Source: Octopus vulgaris (Eukaryota). From it: 64,000 nt of DNA. This document shows, piece by piece, positions 37,711 through 51,100 of this stretch. Position numbers and translations under genes: made by a program. Under the pieces are notes generated by a model. The model worked only from the letters and a program-made list of their open reading frames with translations, did no database searches and was not told the origin of the DNA. The stretch is from positions 168,578,001-168,642,000 of the forward strand of contig OX597814.1 of the NCBI GenBank assembly GCA_951406725.2, in the 5' to 3' direction. The stretch's first letter is position 1, and every line of letters starts with the position of its first letter.

Positions 37711-38853
37711 TATAATGGATTATGAGGAAGGCTTAAGAACAATTTCGGGACTGAAATCTTGTAGACATCGTCCTGGCAACTCCTGTAGCTATTTACTATT
37801 CCAAACACGATCGTCCCTTCCTTTTACATGCCAAAGGCCACATTAGCGAATGTATCCTTCCGATTTAAAGGGTGTGGTCTGACTGCTGTTTCAGGCATGC
37901 CAAGCGACCACGAAAACATTCCTTCGTTTTACAAAGCTATAGCATTGTAAAATTGACGAGTGAGTTCAACTGCACTTCAAGAAGGATGAGGTGGGCTCCG
38001 CCTAATTGGCTTACTTTAAATATTTATTCTGCGTAAAAACAAAACCTTCTGTCGTACCCCTTTGAGTCTAACGGATAATGATACAAACTGGAACCATCGT
38101 AAATAATTGAGCCAACTAGAGGGAGTCTCTGTTGTTGTTTCGCTGCTAGAAATAGATACCAAATATCCCGTGAGCCATACACTCTACAAAATTTAGAAAA
38201 AGAAATATACCACACTTGGAGATTTTCTTTTTTTATTTTCACAGCTTAGTTAGGGAGGGAAGGACAGTAGCGATAACCTTCCATTATTTTTCAGAGCCTC
38301 CAAAACTAGGGTGATATTAGGGGGAAGTTACCTTCAACTTGGACACCTGGTTCGAATGCTTTAAACAGAGTAAATTCTGCTAAAGTTACCAAGGCTGGTA
38401 ACGTTGAGCCGGGAGGCGAATTGTCTATCACCCCAATTTAGGACACTATATTGTAAAATGAGATGGGATGATCATGACTGGAATACCTTCGATCGTAGAT
38501 CCGTTTACCAGATCTGGAACGGGACTAAACATATTGCTTGAGAAAGACAGATGTGTTACTCATGGTACCCTACACAGAGATGAAGCCTTTCGATATGTAG
38601 AGTCATTCACGAACATTCTCGAGATTTTCCACCACCATCGCCACTGTCACAATTACCAAGGAGCTTGCATGGAAGCCACGGATGTCGTTGCTTGATTTAC
38701 CTAGAAATAAAAAATCTTCCTCAGATTACATCGTGTTATCTTAAAAGAGAGTAGAAACATTGAATTAGATTTTTTTTTCATTGGTTAGGTCCAGGGGAAG
38801 AGATTGTGCTTGTGGACATCTGGAGATCCTGAGAAACCACTGAGATTAATACC

Positions 38854-39228
38854 TATTTCTTTACTACCCACAAGGGGCTAAACACAGAGAGAACCAGTGC
38901 GTAACTGGTATTTATTTAATCGACCCCGAAAGGATGAAAGGCAAAGTCGACCTCAGCGGAATTTGAACTCAGAACGTAACGACAGACGAAATACCTATTT
39001 CTTTACTACCCACATGCGGCTAAACACAGAGAGGACAAACAAGGACAGACAAACGGATTAAGTCGATTACATCGACCCCAGTGCGTAACTGGTATTTATT
39101 TAATCGACCCCGAAAGGATGAAAGGCAAAGTCGACCTCGGCGGAATTTGAACTCAGAACGTAACGACAGACGAAATACCACTGAGCATTTCGCCCGGCGT
39201 GCTAACGTTTCTGCCAGCTCGCAGCTTT
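38854..39228 (-). mobile_element. Dimeric SINE family A with one 16-bp TSD
   Basis: cactgagattaatacc at 38838-38853 and 39229-39244; internal junction gacgaaatacctatttc. Confidence 0.88.
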
Positions 39229-39249
39229 CACTGAGATTAATACCGTGAA

Positions 39250-39560
39250 CGTTCCACTTATTCTGGCACAAGTTGAAGGCTGTATGAAAATCGTATGCAG
39301 AGAAAGAGAATTCCAGATGACCAGCGTAGTGGAAAGTAAGAACCGGACTGAGGGATCTGTATCGAGTTTGATGGCATAAGGAGGCTGGGCACCATATGGT
39401 GACAAGAAGATCAGAGACGAAAGAGTCGGGAGTGTTTGATCGGGGGTGGAATGAAGTAATTTTAAAATATAGTAAGCATGAATGTCCTGGATATGACTTT
39501 AAACTGCATCTAGTAATGAGGACCTGTTTCGGGAGATCTAGAGGTTTCCCACTATTGTTC
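39250..39560 (-). mobile_element. Possible degenerate CR1/L2-like LINE 3' end
   Basis: Minus strand FLLSTTLVIWNSLS resembles the LINE C-terminal W-N-S-L-P motif; weak. Confidence 0.3.
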
Positions 39561-41489
39561 CCGGTTCTGTTCTGACTCTGAGTAGTAGCATCTGTCAGAT
39601 GAAACTCTTCAGCTTTTTAGCTGCTCAGCTAAGACAAGATAACTCCACACAAATCATGCGTCCTAATGACCATTGGGATCGTGGCACTTGTTGCGCCAGA
39701 CAAATACAAGTTTGAAGGATGAGGCAGTGAAACTGGCTTTGCACAAACCATGCCCAGTGTTACACATTCATATCTATGTGTATACGTAGGTATACGTGTG
39801 TAGAATACATCCCCACTTTTGGCACTATTTTGTTAGTAAACAGTACGAACTGTGTCTAAAGTATATATGTATTACTACGCTGAATGTTGACAGTTCGTGT
39901 AACAAGAAAAAGTAAATAAACACGTAAAACAATAACAATGCCTTCGTTGAGTTGTCTATCAGCCCATCGAGAACGAACAATGCATAACACCCAGTATAAT
40001 GATATTTATCAAGCAAGTTGTTCAGCAAAGCAAGACACCAGCACCAACTCCGTCACACTTTTTCCATTAATTCAGTGGCAATTGGGAAAGAGACATGGGG
40101 ACAGATCGAGGTTGCTACTGGAAGTCTTCATCATTGGTCCTGTACACAGGTAGCCATAGGATGATTGTCGTTTTCTACAGACCTGGAGCACGTTGATTTC
40201 GTACCCTCCCAAGGACACGATAAAACATTAAACTAGGAACACTGCGCAGCTGTATCTTGCTGAACTCATGAATGGAAGGCCTCTTGATCATTAGTCTGCT
40301 AGATCAGGGTTGGCCTGAGCTTTAACGACAGCCATTTTGAAAGCGATTTGTTGTCAACTTAAATGAAGAGTTATAGAAATGATCCGAACTATTATTTCTA
40401 AATGTTTATTATCATTGTGATTATTTGATAAAGTAAGCGGAGAGAAATATAGCTGTAGGAAATAGACGTCGTAAGATCTTAGTTTCTTGTATAAGATCAA
40501 CATTGAAGCCATGATTGATTTTGAACATAAATAGATTAAGAAATAACCTAGCTAAGCGGTGAATTGGTAGTTGTTAGAGCGTCAGCTAAGAATACCTTAC
40601 GGTATATGTATTCCAGCGCTCCTGGTTCAAATTTCACTGAAGTCAATTATGCCTTTCATCTTTTAAAGGGGTCATCTTTTAAAGGTAAATAAAATACTTA
40701 CGAAGTTGATTCTTCCCTATTTTTTTCTTTCGGAAATAGATAGTTTGCTTCGTAAGAAGGGAGCCTAGAGACCCACTTACAGCTCCCCTTTGTCCAGAAA
40801 TGTAGTAGGATTGAGCGAATGACTAGAAACCTATTCTCAGAGAACAAAAAAAAAATGACATGCTACTGAAATCGTCCAAGAATTAACCGATATTCAGTTC
40901 AACACTGAAGGGACATAAAAAAGAATAACCTTTCTGGAAGCACAGTTTAAGTATTTACTTTTGATGTATAGCAGGTGTAGAGGATGGTGGGGTTGTGGTA
41001 GTGTTGAATGTGAGGTGGTTGCTTATACCGCATTCTTGGTACTGATATGTGTTAATTGCTCTATGTGTATATTCGCTTACCTACATAGTTAGGTAAGGAA
41101 AGATTTGTTGCTTGTTAAAACTTGAATATGAATACTACATTGCAAATGAAAGATGTCAACCATCTATTTTGACCACGATATAGGTGACAAAATGGGGGAG
41201 TTACTACGTGTCTAATCGACCTGCTGAAGTTAGCCACCAAATCTTTCTCAAGTGGGGATATACATTGGATAAAGTGGTCTTTGATACGCTTGGTTATTAC
41301 AATTCAACACAATAGATATTTTGATAGTACAACAACATAATAGAAATGTTTCTGTACCATCACTACTAAATGTCTCAGAGCTTGACATCCGGTCTCATGG
41401 TGTGAAGCTGATGAGAGATAAATTTTCCTCTGGATGTGACACCAGTCTACTGCGGGTATCAATCTCAGAACGATTTGTTATCTTATCTG

Positions 41490-41745
41490 CTATATCTATC
41501 TATCCGCTCAGTCGAAGTCGACTCTCGGTTACTCCATGGATCAGTGTCCTCCAGCCAGTTCTATCCTGGGTCGCTTCTTTCAGATTGGCTATGTCCATTC
41601 CCGTGTCACTCTTGATGGTGTCAAGCCAGCGGGTTCTTGGTTGGCCTCTTCCTCTCTTGTCACTGACCATTCCGAGCATGATGTCCTTCTCCAGGGATTT
41701 TCTCCTCATAATATGACTAAAATATGTCAATCTTATCTGCAGGGA
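41490..41745 (-). pseudogene. RTE-BovB-like LINE 3' end
   Basis: LTYFSHIMRRKSLEKDIMLGMVSDKRGRGQPRTRWLD...DRTGWRTLIHGVTESRLRL* followed by a short (GATA)-like tail. Confidence 0.85.
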
Positions 41746-41852
41746 TGTAAAATATATTGTTCCACTCGGAAACACAACGAAATGCCCGCGGCAAATTTGA
41801 ACTCATCTTCTATGAGTATGTAGTCCAATAACTTGTCCATCCAGCTTTCTCG

Positions 41853-41894
41853 CTACTACTACTGCTGCTACTGCTGCTACTACTACTACTACTG

Positions 41895-41955
<61 letters not shown>
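41853..41955. repeat. (CTA)n microsatellite
   Basis: Directly visible. Confidence 0.95.
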
Positions 41956-43043
41956 GTTTCTGGTTTGAGAGCAAGAGCAGCTATTTTGAGCAAAAAGGTT
42001 TGTCGATGCCATCGACCCCGGAAAGATGAAAGACACTGTTGACCTCAACAGTATTTGAACTCGGAGTAAAGAGCCAGAACAAATGCTGCATGATATTATT
42101 TCTGCCACTCACACAATGCTGCCAATCCACCATACTTACGTGTTTCTAGTACAGGAAGAATGTCTGGAATTTAGGGGAGAGGGTAAATCTATACCATCGA
42201 CTCTAGTACTTGACTGGCACTTTAGTTTATCAGCCCCGGAGGAATGAAAGGCAAAGTTGACTTTAGACTGTTTTGAACTCAGAACGAAAAGAGTCGGAAG
42301 AAATATCATAAGGCATCTTTTCCGGTACTTTAACGACTCTGCCAGCTCCATTGTCTTTAATTTAGAATTTAATTCTAATTTAGAATTAAGGCCAGTAATT
42401 TTGTAAGAAGTGAGTTAGTCAATTCCATCGACTCCACTATAAACTCGGACTTTATTTTAACCCCCCCCTTCCAAAAAAAAAGGATTAAAGGCAAAGCTGA
42501 CCTCAGCGGAGTTTGAACTCCAGACGTAAAGAGACGGATCAGAGGTAACATTTTTTTTTTATTGCTCACAAAGGGCTAAACATAGAGGGGACAAACAGGG
42601 ACAGACAAACAAGGACAGACAAACGGATTAAGTCGATTACATCAACCCCAGTGCGTAACTGGTACTTAATTTATCGACCCCGAAAGGATGAAATGCAAAG
42701 TTGACCTCGGCGGAAATTGAACTCAGAACGTAGCGGCAGACGAAATACCACTAAGCATTTCGCCCGATGTGCTAACGTTTGAACTCCAGACGTAAAGAGA
42801 CGGAACAGAGGTAACATCTTTTTTTATTGCTCACAAGGGGCTAAACATAGAGGGGACAAACAGGGACAGAAAAACGGATTAAGTCGATTACATCAACCCC
42901 AGTGCGTAACTGGTACTTAATTTATCGACCCCGAAAGGATGAAAGGCAAAGTTGACCTCGGCGGAAATTGAACTCAGAACGTAGCGGCCGATGTGCTAAG
43001 CATTTCGCCCGATGTGCTAACGTTTCTGCCAGCTCGCCGCCTT
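41955..43043 (-). mobile_element. Array of five SINE family A copies including a 266-bp tandem duplication
   Basis: gtttgaactccagacgtaaagagacgga at 42511 and 42777; TSD-like cagaggtaacat / cagacgtaacat. Confidence 0.82.
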
Positions 43044-43900
43044 AAACAGACGTAACATTTCAATCTCATACCACTTGGTTTTCATTTGTTTCCCACTATT
43101 ATGACTAATGCAAAAGTCTCCAGAATACAATAGAATGTTTATAAAGGATGCTAAAACAAAATGATATTGATGAAATTGTTAATGTTCTCAAGAGCCAAAA
43201 TATAGTTGTTTCAACATATCTTTATACTGAGATTAAAATACAAAAGAGAATTCGAATCGTCTGCATGTTATCAAACTGCAGGAAAGGAAAAAAAACATAG
43301 AAAGCATTGTTCATTTTTTTAATACTATCATTCTTACTGCATCATCACTTCCCCAGTGTAGCATTTATCCTAAATACATTTTTTCTTATATTTCTTCAGT
43401 TATAAGAGATATATTTTCTAATATTATATAAAACCTATATAACAGATTAGAGTCTCTTTTGTGATCTGTTTGATGTGGGTATTGTTCGTGTTTTTTTTGT
43501 TATGTCATCATTGTTGTTTTTATGCTCCACATATTGTTGGTGCTCTTCTTAAAAAAATATAATAAAACAGAAAATAACGTATCTATTTGTTTTTGTTACG
43601 GTTATTTTAGTTAGTCATGAATAAGAAAAATTTATCTTATTTTTTATTTTTATTTTATTTTTCACTCCCGAATCTAAAATATTACTGTATGAAATACAAC
43701 AAAGAATCACGTCTGTTTGCTTTTCGAAGATTAACTCAAATTAGACACTGAGAATTCACTACAGCAACTTTAGGAATTGTGTATCTGCGTGTTGGCCTGT
43801 GAGCTCATATAGACACGGTTATATACAAATGATTAAGAAATTCGCTTCGCAATCTTGAAGTCTTACAATCTATCCCAATGCCTGGCAAACTGGGATCTTT

Positions 43901-44299
43901 GGATCTTTTCAGTTTGAACGGCAGTTTTTTCTAGCGGTGTCATATGAAATTGTCACCCATAATTATGACCCTAGTATCGATCTATTGCATTTCAATCTAT
44001 TTTAGGGTTAGGGGTGGGGGGAGGGTATATTTTTTTTCTTCACAAATGTAAATAAACCCAATCTGTTTCTTAAACGAGGGACATATTCATGTTGTTTACC
44101 TCAATGGACGTCAGTGATTGGTTGAAATTGCAGAAATTGAAGAAAAAAAACAACGAATATTTTACAAACTATAGAATTTTCTCAATAAAGCCAAGAGAAA
44201 AAGATGTTTTATAAACACGTTCTACCAGTATACGAAGTTTAAAAATTTTTAGTTACCTAGAAATTATGTTAAAAACTGCCGTTCAAACCGGAAAGATCC
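43901..44299. mobile_element. GGATC-family MITE with TTAGGG motifs
   Basis: TIRs ggatcttttcagtttgaacggcagttttt / aaaaactgccgttcaaaccggaaagatcc; TSD ggatcttt at 43893-43900 and 44300-44307. Confidence 0.88.
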
Positions 44300-44373
44300 G
44301 GATCTTTTATTATATACATACATTTACATGCATGTTATGTACATATATGCACATATATGCACACACACACATT

Positions 44374-44497
44374 ATTAAAACTGAAGCCGAGAGCTTGTCT
44401 CACGACTCGAGTTTCATACTATTGTGATTTTCCCACCTTAAGATTGCAGTGGCGTGAAACTCGAGTTGAGAAACCAGCTCTCAGCTTCAATTTTAAT
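44374..44497. repeat. ~50-bp-arm inverted repeat containing a hammerhead-like motif; probable Penelope pLTR fold-back
   Basis: attaaaactgaagccgagagc...ctcgagtttca versus tgaaactcgagttgagaaaccagctctcagcttcaattttaat; core CTTAAGA...GAAA-ctcga-GTT. Confidence 0.65.
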
Positions 44498-45732
44498 TAA
44501 ATTAAATCTCATATTCTGTACAATATTTTGAGTACGTTTTTCTCATTTGTCCGACATTAAGCCACGTGGGGCAAGTACCTGTGGACTACTTCAACCAATT
44601 GCAGAAAATATACGTAGTAGATAGGTCGGATAGCCAACAGGGACGGGGGAGTAGTGACAGGGCCTCTATATAGTCACTTGACCTGCTACAAATAACAATT
44701 AAGTCTTCCTCAAATTACAATGTCTAAAAATAAGAAAGGAAGCAGCGAACTAGCGGACTGGTTGCGTTGGCGGAAGGAATGTCTTGTGGTGTTTTTTTTC
44801 CGGTTCCCTGTGTTCTGTGTTCAAGTCCTGGTAATATCAGTTTTACCTTTCCGAGGTCGATAAATAATGTACCAATCAAGTACTGGGATCAAGTCTTTCT
44901 CTTTTTGACTACTTTGTGCTTTGAGAAAGATTTTCGGAAACAACACAGCGTCTTTTTTACGAAATATGGAGAAGGATTGATAGGGAGGGGGGACTAGAAA
45001 CACCTTCTCATAGAAAAACTTATATGCAACTGGAACTGTCCTAAAACGGAGCAAGATTAAAGAAAAGAGACCTTAAATAATATAGTTTAGGGTTAGATTA
45101 CCCTGAACTGTCTTTGAAATAAAATGATATGAATAGAACAGAAATGCTTTTGACAATAAATCTGATCGGTTAGGTCCAACCTGGGGTTAAACAGCAACAA
45201 TGGTAGAATCGAAATCGACCGTGTTTGTTTTAGCTAAGCAAACATCACTTCTTCAAGTAAACACAAATCAGTCAACCAGTGTTATAATGGTTGCGCTGCT
45301 AATATTACTATTGTCTTCGTCGATTACCAATTCTCTTTCTAATTAGTTGAAAGCAATTAGAAATTCAACATTAGCTGCTTAATAATTAACCGACGAAATT
45401 GTTGGCGAACCGGATGAATATTGGCTGCAGGGAAACCATTGTATTTCCAGTAAGTTGAGTTTCTACTCAGCATGAATGACATCGTTTCGCACCAGGAGAT
45501 CGAGTTATGAAGACGTTGCTAATCTTCCTGTTGTATCAAATACAGACAACTTATTGTTTCACTGACACAGAATGATATCATATCAGGCTTACTTAGTTGT
45601 AATATTAGATATTTTCTTCATTGTCTTCTTTTCCGTATTTTTTTTTTATACTGTAATGGTTTGGCAATAAGTAATGTGTGACACGGGTGTGTGTTCTATG
45701 TAATGAAACTAGTTGTCAAGTAACTTATATTA

Positions 45733-46915
45733 TCAGGTCATCCCATAAGTTCTGTCCGAAATTTGAATAAAGAAAACAAGTGATCAAATGTTATATTTAA
45801 TTGAAATTTAATATTCAATGTACTTTCCCTGATTATCTATGACTTCCTTCCATCTATTTACAAGCTTTTTAATCCCCTAAATGTAAATCTCTTTTGGTTT
45901 CAAAGCGAAAAACTCTGAAATGTCAGTTTCGACCTCCTCCTGGCTTGCGGAAGTTATGTCCCCCAATTGATTCTGTAAACTACGAAACAAACGGTAGTCT
46001 GAAGGAGGAAGGTCGGGAGAATAAGGTGGATGAGGAATATTTTTCCCAACCAAGCTCTTCGATCTTCTGTGATGTGATCTTTGCAGTAGACTTGAGCAGT
46101 GATTGTTGCATTAGGTGGTAACAATTCAAAGTGAATTACTCATTTGCAATCCCACCAGATAGAGAGAAGAACTTTTTTCCAATGAAGTTCCCTTCTCAGT
46201 TGTGGTTGAACTTTTTTCCCTTTTACAAAGACACTGCTAACGACGTTTAACACTTCGATAGAAGATCCATTTTTCGTCACCAGTCACAATTCTATCCAAA
46301 AAAGGGTGAAATGAGTTCGTGAGAATGGAGAAAAGAGCAGATATCAACTCGGAATTTGCGGTTGCTTTCGGACAATTCATGAGATACCCATTTTCCAAGT
46401 TTAGGAACCTTTCCAAGTTGTTGAAGATGACGACGAACAGTTGTATGGTTTGAACTAAGCTTTATTGCCAATTCTTAAACTGATAATGCAGGATTTTCTT
46501 CAAGTAATACCTCAAAGAACTTATCATCAAACTCAACTGGACGTCCTGTTCGATCTTCATCTTCAAGGCTGAAATCTCCACTACTGAGTTTTGCAAACCA
46601 TCTTCTGCAAGTTTTTTCATTCAAGCATTCTTTCCCATAAACTGAGAGTATGCTTCGAGTCGCTTCGGATGCAGAGTTTCCTTTTTTGTACTCATAAAGC
46701 ATTATGAGCCTCAAATGCTCTTTGGATACTTCCATGTTAGAAAGGGTTTTAAAGACATTTTAATTCTTTTATTCTGTAAAATAATATTTAATTAGTTTAA
46801 ATGTACACAAATGCATAAAAATAATTTTAAATTCCATTAGACATTCTAAAATACTATTAAATTTCATTCATTTTTAAAGCAGGTAAAATCGGACAGAACT
46901 TATGGGATGACCTGA
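45733..46915 (-). mobile_element. Mariner DNA transposon, pseudogenised and probably internally deleted
   Basis: Perfect 27-bp TIRs tcaggtcatcccataagttctgtccga with TA flanks. ORF 46735-46475 encodes an HTH (LYEYKKGNSASEA...RRWFAKLSSGDFSLEDEDRTGRP), followed by WVSHEL, RIVTGDEKWI and HPPYSPDLPPSDY. Confidence 0.95.
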
Positions 46916-47266
46916 TAGTTACTTTTTAGATTTTCGGTATTATGGACCAGTCAGGGGAGGAAGGGCAATGCCTCTAACATTTTTTTTTTCAGGACTTCCG
47001 AGGCTGAAAAGGAAACAGAAATTTATTATCAGATGAGAAACGTGGCTTCAATTCTTACAACAAAAGAGACTCATCTACGGGACACTTATTGGTTAGGTGA
47101 TAGTATTAAAATGAGCGATGAATTATATCTACAACTTACTGTCTGAAAGGCAGGATAATAAACAATGAATTAATGAGGACTTTGTTGGTTTCATATGTTT
47201 ACCTACAGCCATCGATCTTAATAAATGAGGACATATATTGTGCCACACCTCTTTTCTGATAACATA

Positions 47267-47898
47267 CAGTAATATCTCACTTTCTGAGGACCCGCTTTAC
47301 AAGAGCCCGGGTTTACGAGTTTTATCTATATATATAAGCTGATGTTGTGTGTGGCAGGTTTGGTAGCCTTCAACTAACACTATCTCCTCCTAGGTCCTGC
47401 GGCGCAAGTTGACCGAAATTGAGAGTATGAAGAAAAAATTCAAATCGGACCATGTTAAGACCAAAAATTATTTACATCAAAAAGGTGCTTTTTTTTCTAT
47501 GAAAATCCCTACTTTTTACGATTTTTTGACTGCTGTGTCGCCATTTTTCGGTGCATTTCAACCAGAAAAATCTTCACTTAAAGCGAATAACAAGCTACAT
47601 AATGCAAAATTTTTACTTTTCAAAAATTCCAATTCTAAAGGGTCTAAACAAACCCAAGGAACGCCAGGCGATACTGCTAGTTTTATAATAAATATAAAAC
47701 GGTTAAACAGTCATTTTGTGTGTGTGACAACGTCGCAACATGAGGCAACACTGGTCTCCACAACTACATATAACGACAGAGTAAAATGAAAGGATAAAAT
47801 GATATTGCTACTATAAGAAATCATTGCTCTGTTTTACGAGTTTTCGCTTTACGAGCGGTCTCCGGGAATAAATTAACTCGTACATCGAGGCATTACTA
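47267..47898. mobile_element. Tigger/pogo-like MITE carrying a nested Helitron
   Basis: TA-flanked ends cagtaatatctca / cgaggcattacta; subterminal tttacgag repeats at both ends. Confidence 0.65.
47325..47680 (+). mobile_element. Non-autonomous Helitron
   Basis: Inserted between A and T; 5' TCTATATATATAA; 3' CTAG preceded by a degenerate GC-rich hairpin region (cccaaggaacgccaggc); no TSD. Confidence 0.8.
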
Positions 47899-47907
47899 TA
47901 GATTGTC

Positions 47908-48119
47908 CAAGGGGATGCTGAAAAGTTCCTGGCTTTGGGTAAAAGAAAATACAGGAAGACCAGTCAATTATGATTTTATTCAATATATTCCCCTCTCGGA
48001 CTCCCTTATTGCAGCGGTCATTCAGTTGTTCTAAGCCATGTAAAAGAACTCGGCAGGTTGGGCCGCCAACCAGGCCTTTCGCGATACCTTTAAAGTGAGG
48101 AACTTTTCAGTAACCCTCA
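47908..48119. mobile_element. Mariner-derived MITE
   Basis: Ends ggggatgctgaaaagttcct / aggaacttttcagtaaccctca followed by TA. Confidence 0.7.
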
Positions 48120-48919
48120 TATAGTAACAGTTCATACCTTTATCCCTTGCCTCACAGACATGCTATTTCCTCTCTCTGCATTCTCTGTTCTACCGTAGTG
48201 GCCTCTGATTCTCCGCAATGTCTAGTCTTGTGCCACTTCAACTCAGGCACGCCTGATTCTTTCGTTGCCTATGTCATGTATCCCTCTATCCCCTCCTTGC
48301 ACTAACCACAGAACATCTTTTGAATTTGCTCTTCTCCTTTGTATTTTTTCCGCAGCCGTTGTCTTGCAACTGTTCAATGGGAACGTTAGCAGTGTCGATG
48401 CGACCAGTCACGGGAGTGCGAAGTGTTGTAAAAACCATGGGTACACTCACTTCCTCCGGACCAATCCAATAAATAAATAAATAATTTTAAGAAGTAGGAC
48501 AATATATATGTGTGTGTATGTGTGCGTGTGTATTTGTGTGTGTGTGTGTGTGTGTGTGTTTGTTTGTGCGCGCGCATGTATATACGTGTTACATTTTGTA
48601 GCTTTCAACAAACATATCACATATTTTGTAGTATTCCGCTGATATATATCATTTGTAAAATAAAAATAAGGGGCAACTAGAGTTCGTCTGCATCGGTAAA
48701 ATTTGGGATTTTTTTCAGGCCTGGTATTTATTCTTACTCAGCGCATTGATAAGTCACCCCATTCAATAATGGAGGCCTATCATTTTCAGCCGAATCCCGA
48801 ATGCTCTGTTTCCTGCCACAGAGATGGGGGTGGACAGTGATAAGAGAAAGGGAAACTTAAACTTAGAGTGCAAAGTACCGGTACAGAAAATTCAAGATGC
48901 CTCGATTGACCTGGACTGG

Positions 48920-48983
<64 letters not shown>

Positions 48984-49054
48984 CCCAAAAGGACGAAGGA
49001 TAAATTTGATCTTGGTATCACTTGAATTTAGAGCGTAGAAAGCAGGGACAAAAA

Positions 49055-49260
49055 CCTATCTCTTTATAACCCACAAGGGGCTAAACACAGAGAGGACAAA
49101 CAAGGACAGACAAACGGATTAAGTCGATTACATCGACCCCAGTGCGTAATTGGAACTTATTTAATCGACCCCGAAAGGATGAAAGGCAAAGTCGACCTCG
49201 GCGGAATTCGAACTCAGAACATAGCGGCAGACGAAATACTGCTGAGCATTTCGTCCGGCG
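49055..49260 (-). mobile_element. SINE family A, 5'-truncated
   Basis: Family match. Confidence 0.85.
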
Positions 49261-49853
49261 AGCCGGGACAAATACCACCGTCCTATCAACTCTGCCAATT
49301 CGTCGTCTTGGCAGGGCAAGCACAAGTACTGTTAGGGATGAGAATATGTTACTCCTGAGGGTTAATGAATAACATTTTAAAGGATGGAGAAAACTTTTAA
49401 AATGTTTTCGGTAGCACTGAGAATATAGGTTTGACAGAATATTGTAACATTTTTTTAAAGACGAAAATATTCGGCTTCGTACGCTGTTTATTTTCGTCCC
49501 TCTAAGCTGTGCGCTTGTGCGCACACGTTTTATTGCTAGGAAGGAAAAAATGAGCGTACACAAATTTTTCAAGATTAAATTAGAATATTTTTAATTAGAA
49601 AAGTTTCAGCGGTGCATACTCGCATGGATGTGCATATAATTTATAAAGAAAGAAACACTAAGCAGACATACAGAGCAAAGAAAAGTAAAAAAAATAAGGG
49701 CAACTTTATTCATGAGCAATATACGTTGATTACACAGATTCAAGAGAAAAATACAGTTGGTTATATATACCTCAGAACTTCATTTTATCGACCTTACCAC
49801 CCGGAAGCACGAAGGACAACTTATCGTTGACAAAACTAGAACTCATAGTGTTA

Positions 49854-49931
<78 letters not shown>

Positions 49932-51100
49932 CAGGACATTTTGTCCACCACTACCAAATCTGCCAGTCAGCTGCCGTCGCATATTGGTATGTATTAGTAA
50001 ATATTTTATTGGTTTGTGCGTTCATTTTGTGCATTTAAGTTAAATATGCTACTTTCATCGGTGGTTAGCAATCTCTTTGGCTTCATGGCTCAGTGGCGAT
50101 CAAAGTAAAAACCGACTGGAGCAGTTCGCATGGAATGCCAAAAATTACAAGCGAACTTCGCATGGAAAATGAAGAAAAAAACTGTTTTAAAGTTAAAGAT
50201 TTTAAATATAGAAACCTATTGCTTACCTTATTTTATTAAACATATTTATATCTAATAAAAGTATAAAATATTATATTATAAACATACTAATAATATTTTT
50301 CAAGACGTTCACGTTTTAGTATAAATTTTCTAAAACCTTAAAGAATATTTCAAAAAACTTACGATGCACCGTTTCAGACTCACTGGTTCATATCAACAAA
50401 TTTTCCATCCATTTTATTAATCATATTTGTATTTAATAAAATTTTGAATAATATGTTTTCCAAGATACTCAAGTATTAGTATAGATTTTTCTAAATCTTT
50501 AAGTAATATTTTTAAAACGTGCATTGCATCGTTTCGTATTCACTGGTTTAGATAAACAAGTTTTGCCATTCATTTCTTTCTTCTTTTTTTTTTTTCTTAC
50601 TGTTCTTAAATAGTTTAAAATAGCTCTCCCCGATATGTAATTGTCTCAGTTCCAACACACAATCTCGGTTCAAGTTATTTGCCAAACAACTCCCCACTCC
50701 GAAACAACCATGAAATATTGGTTTTAAGTTTTGGTACACTGCCAGCAATTTCATCGATCCCAGTATTAAACTGATACTTATTTTATCGATCCCAAAGGAT
50801 GAAATGTGAGGTTGAGTTGGATGGAATTTGAACTCAGAACGTAAAGACAGACGAAATGCCGCTAAGCATTTTGCCCAGCGTGCTAACAATTCTTCCAGCT
50901 CACTGCCTTCACAAACAAGAAATATTTTTTCTATATATATTTTGTCTCTGAACTCAAGGCAACGAGCAGGCAGAGTCATTAGAACATCGTATAAATGCAT
51001 TACGGAATTTCTAACAAATTTTTTCCATCTGAGTTCCTGATATCAACTTTGCTTTTCGCCCCTCTAAGACAGATGAAATAAAGTACCAGTTAAATACTGG

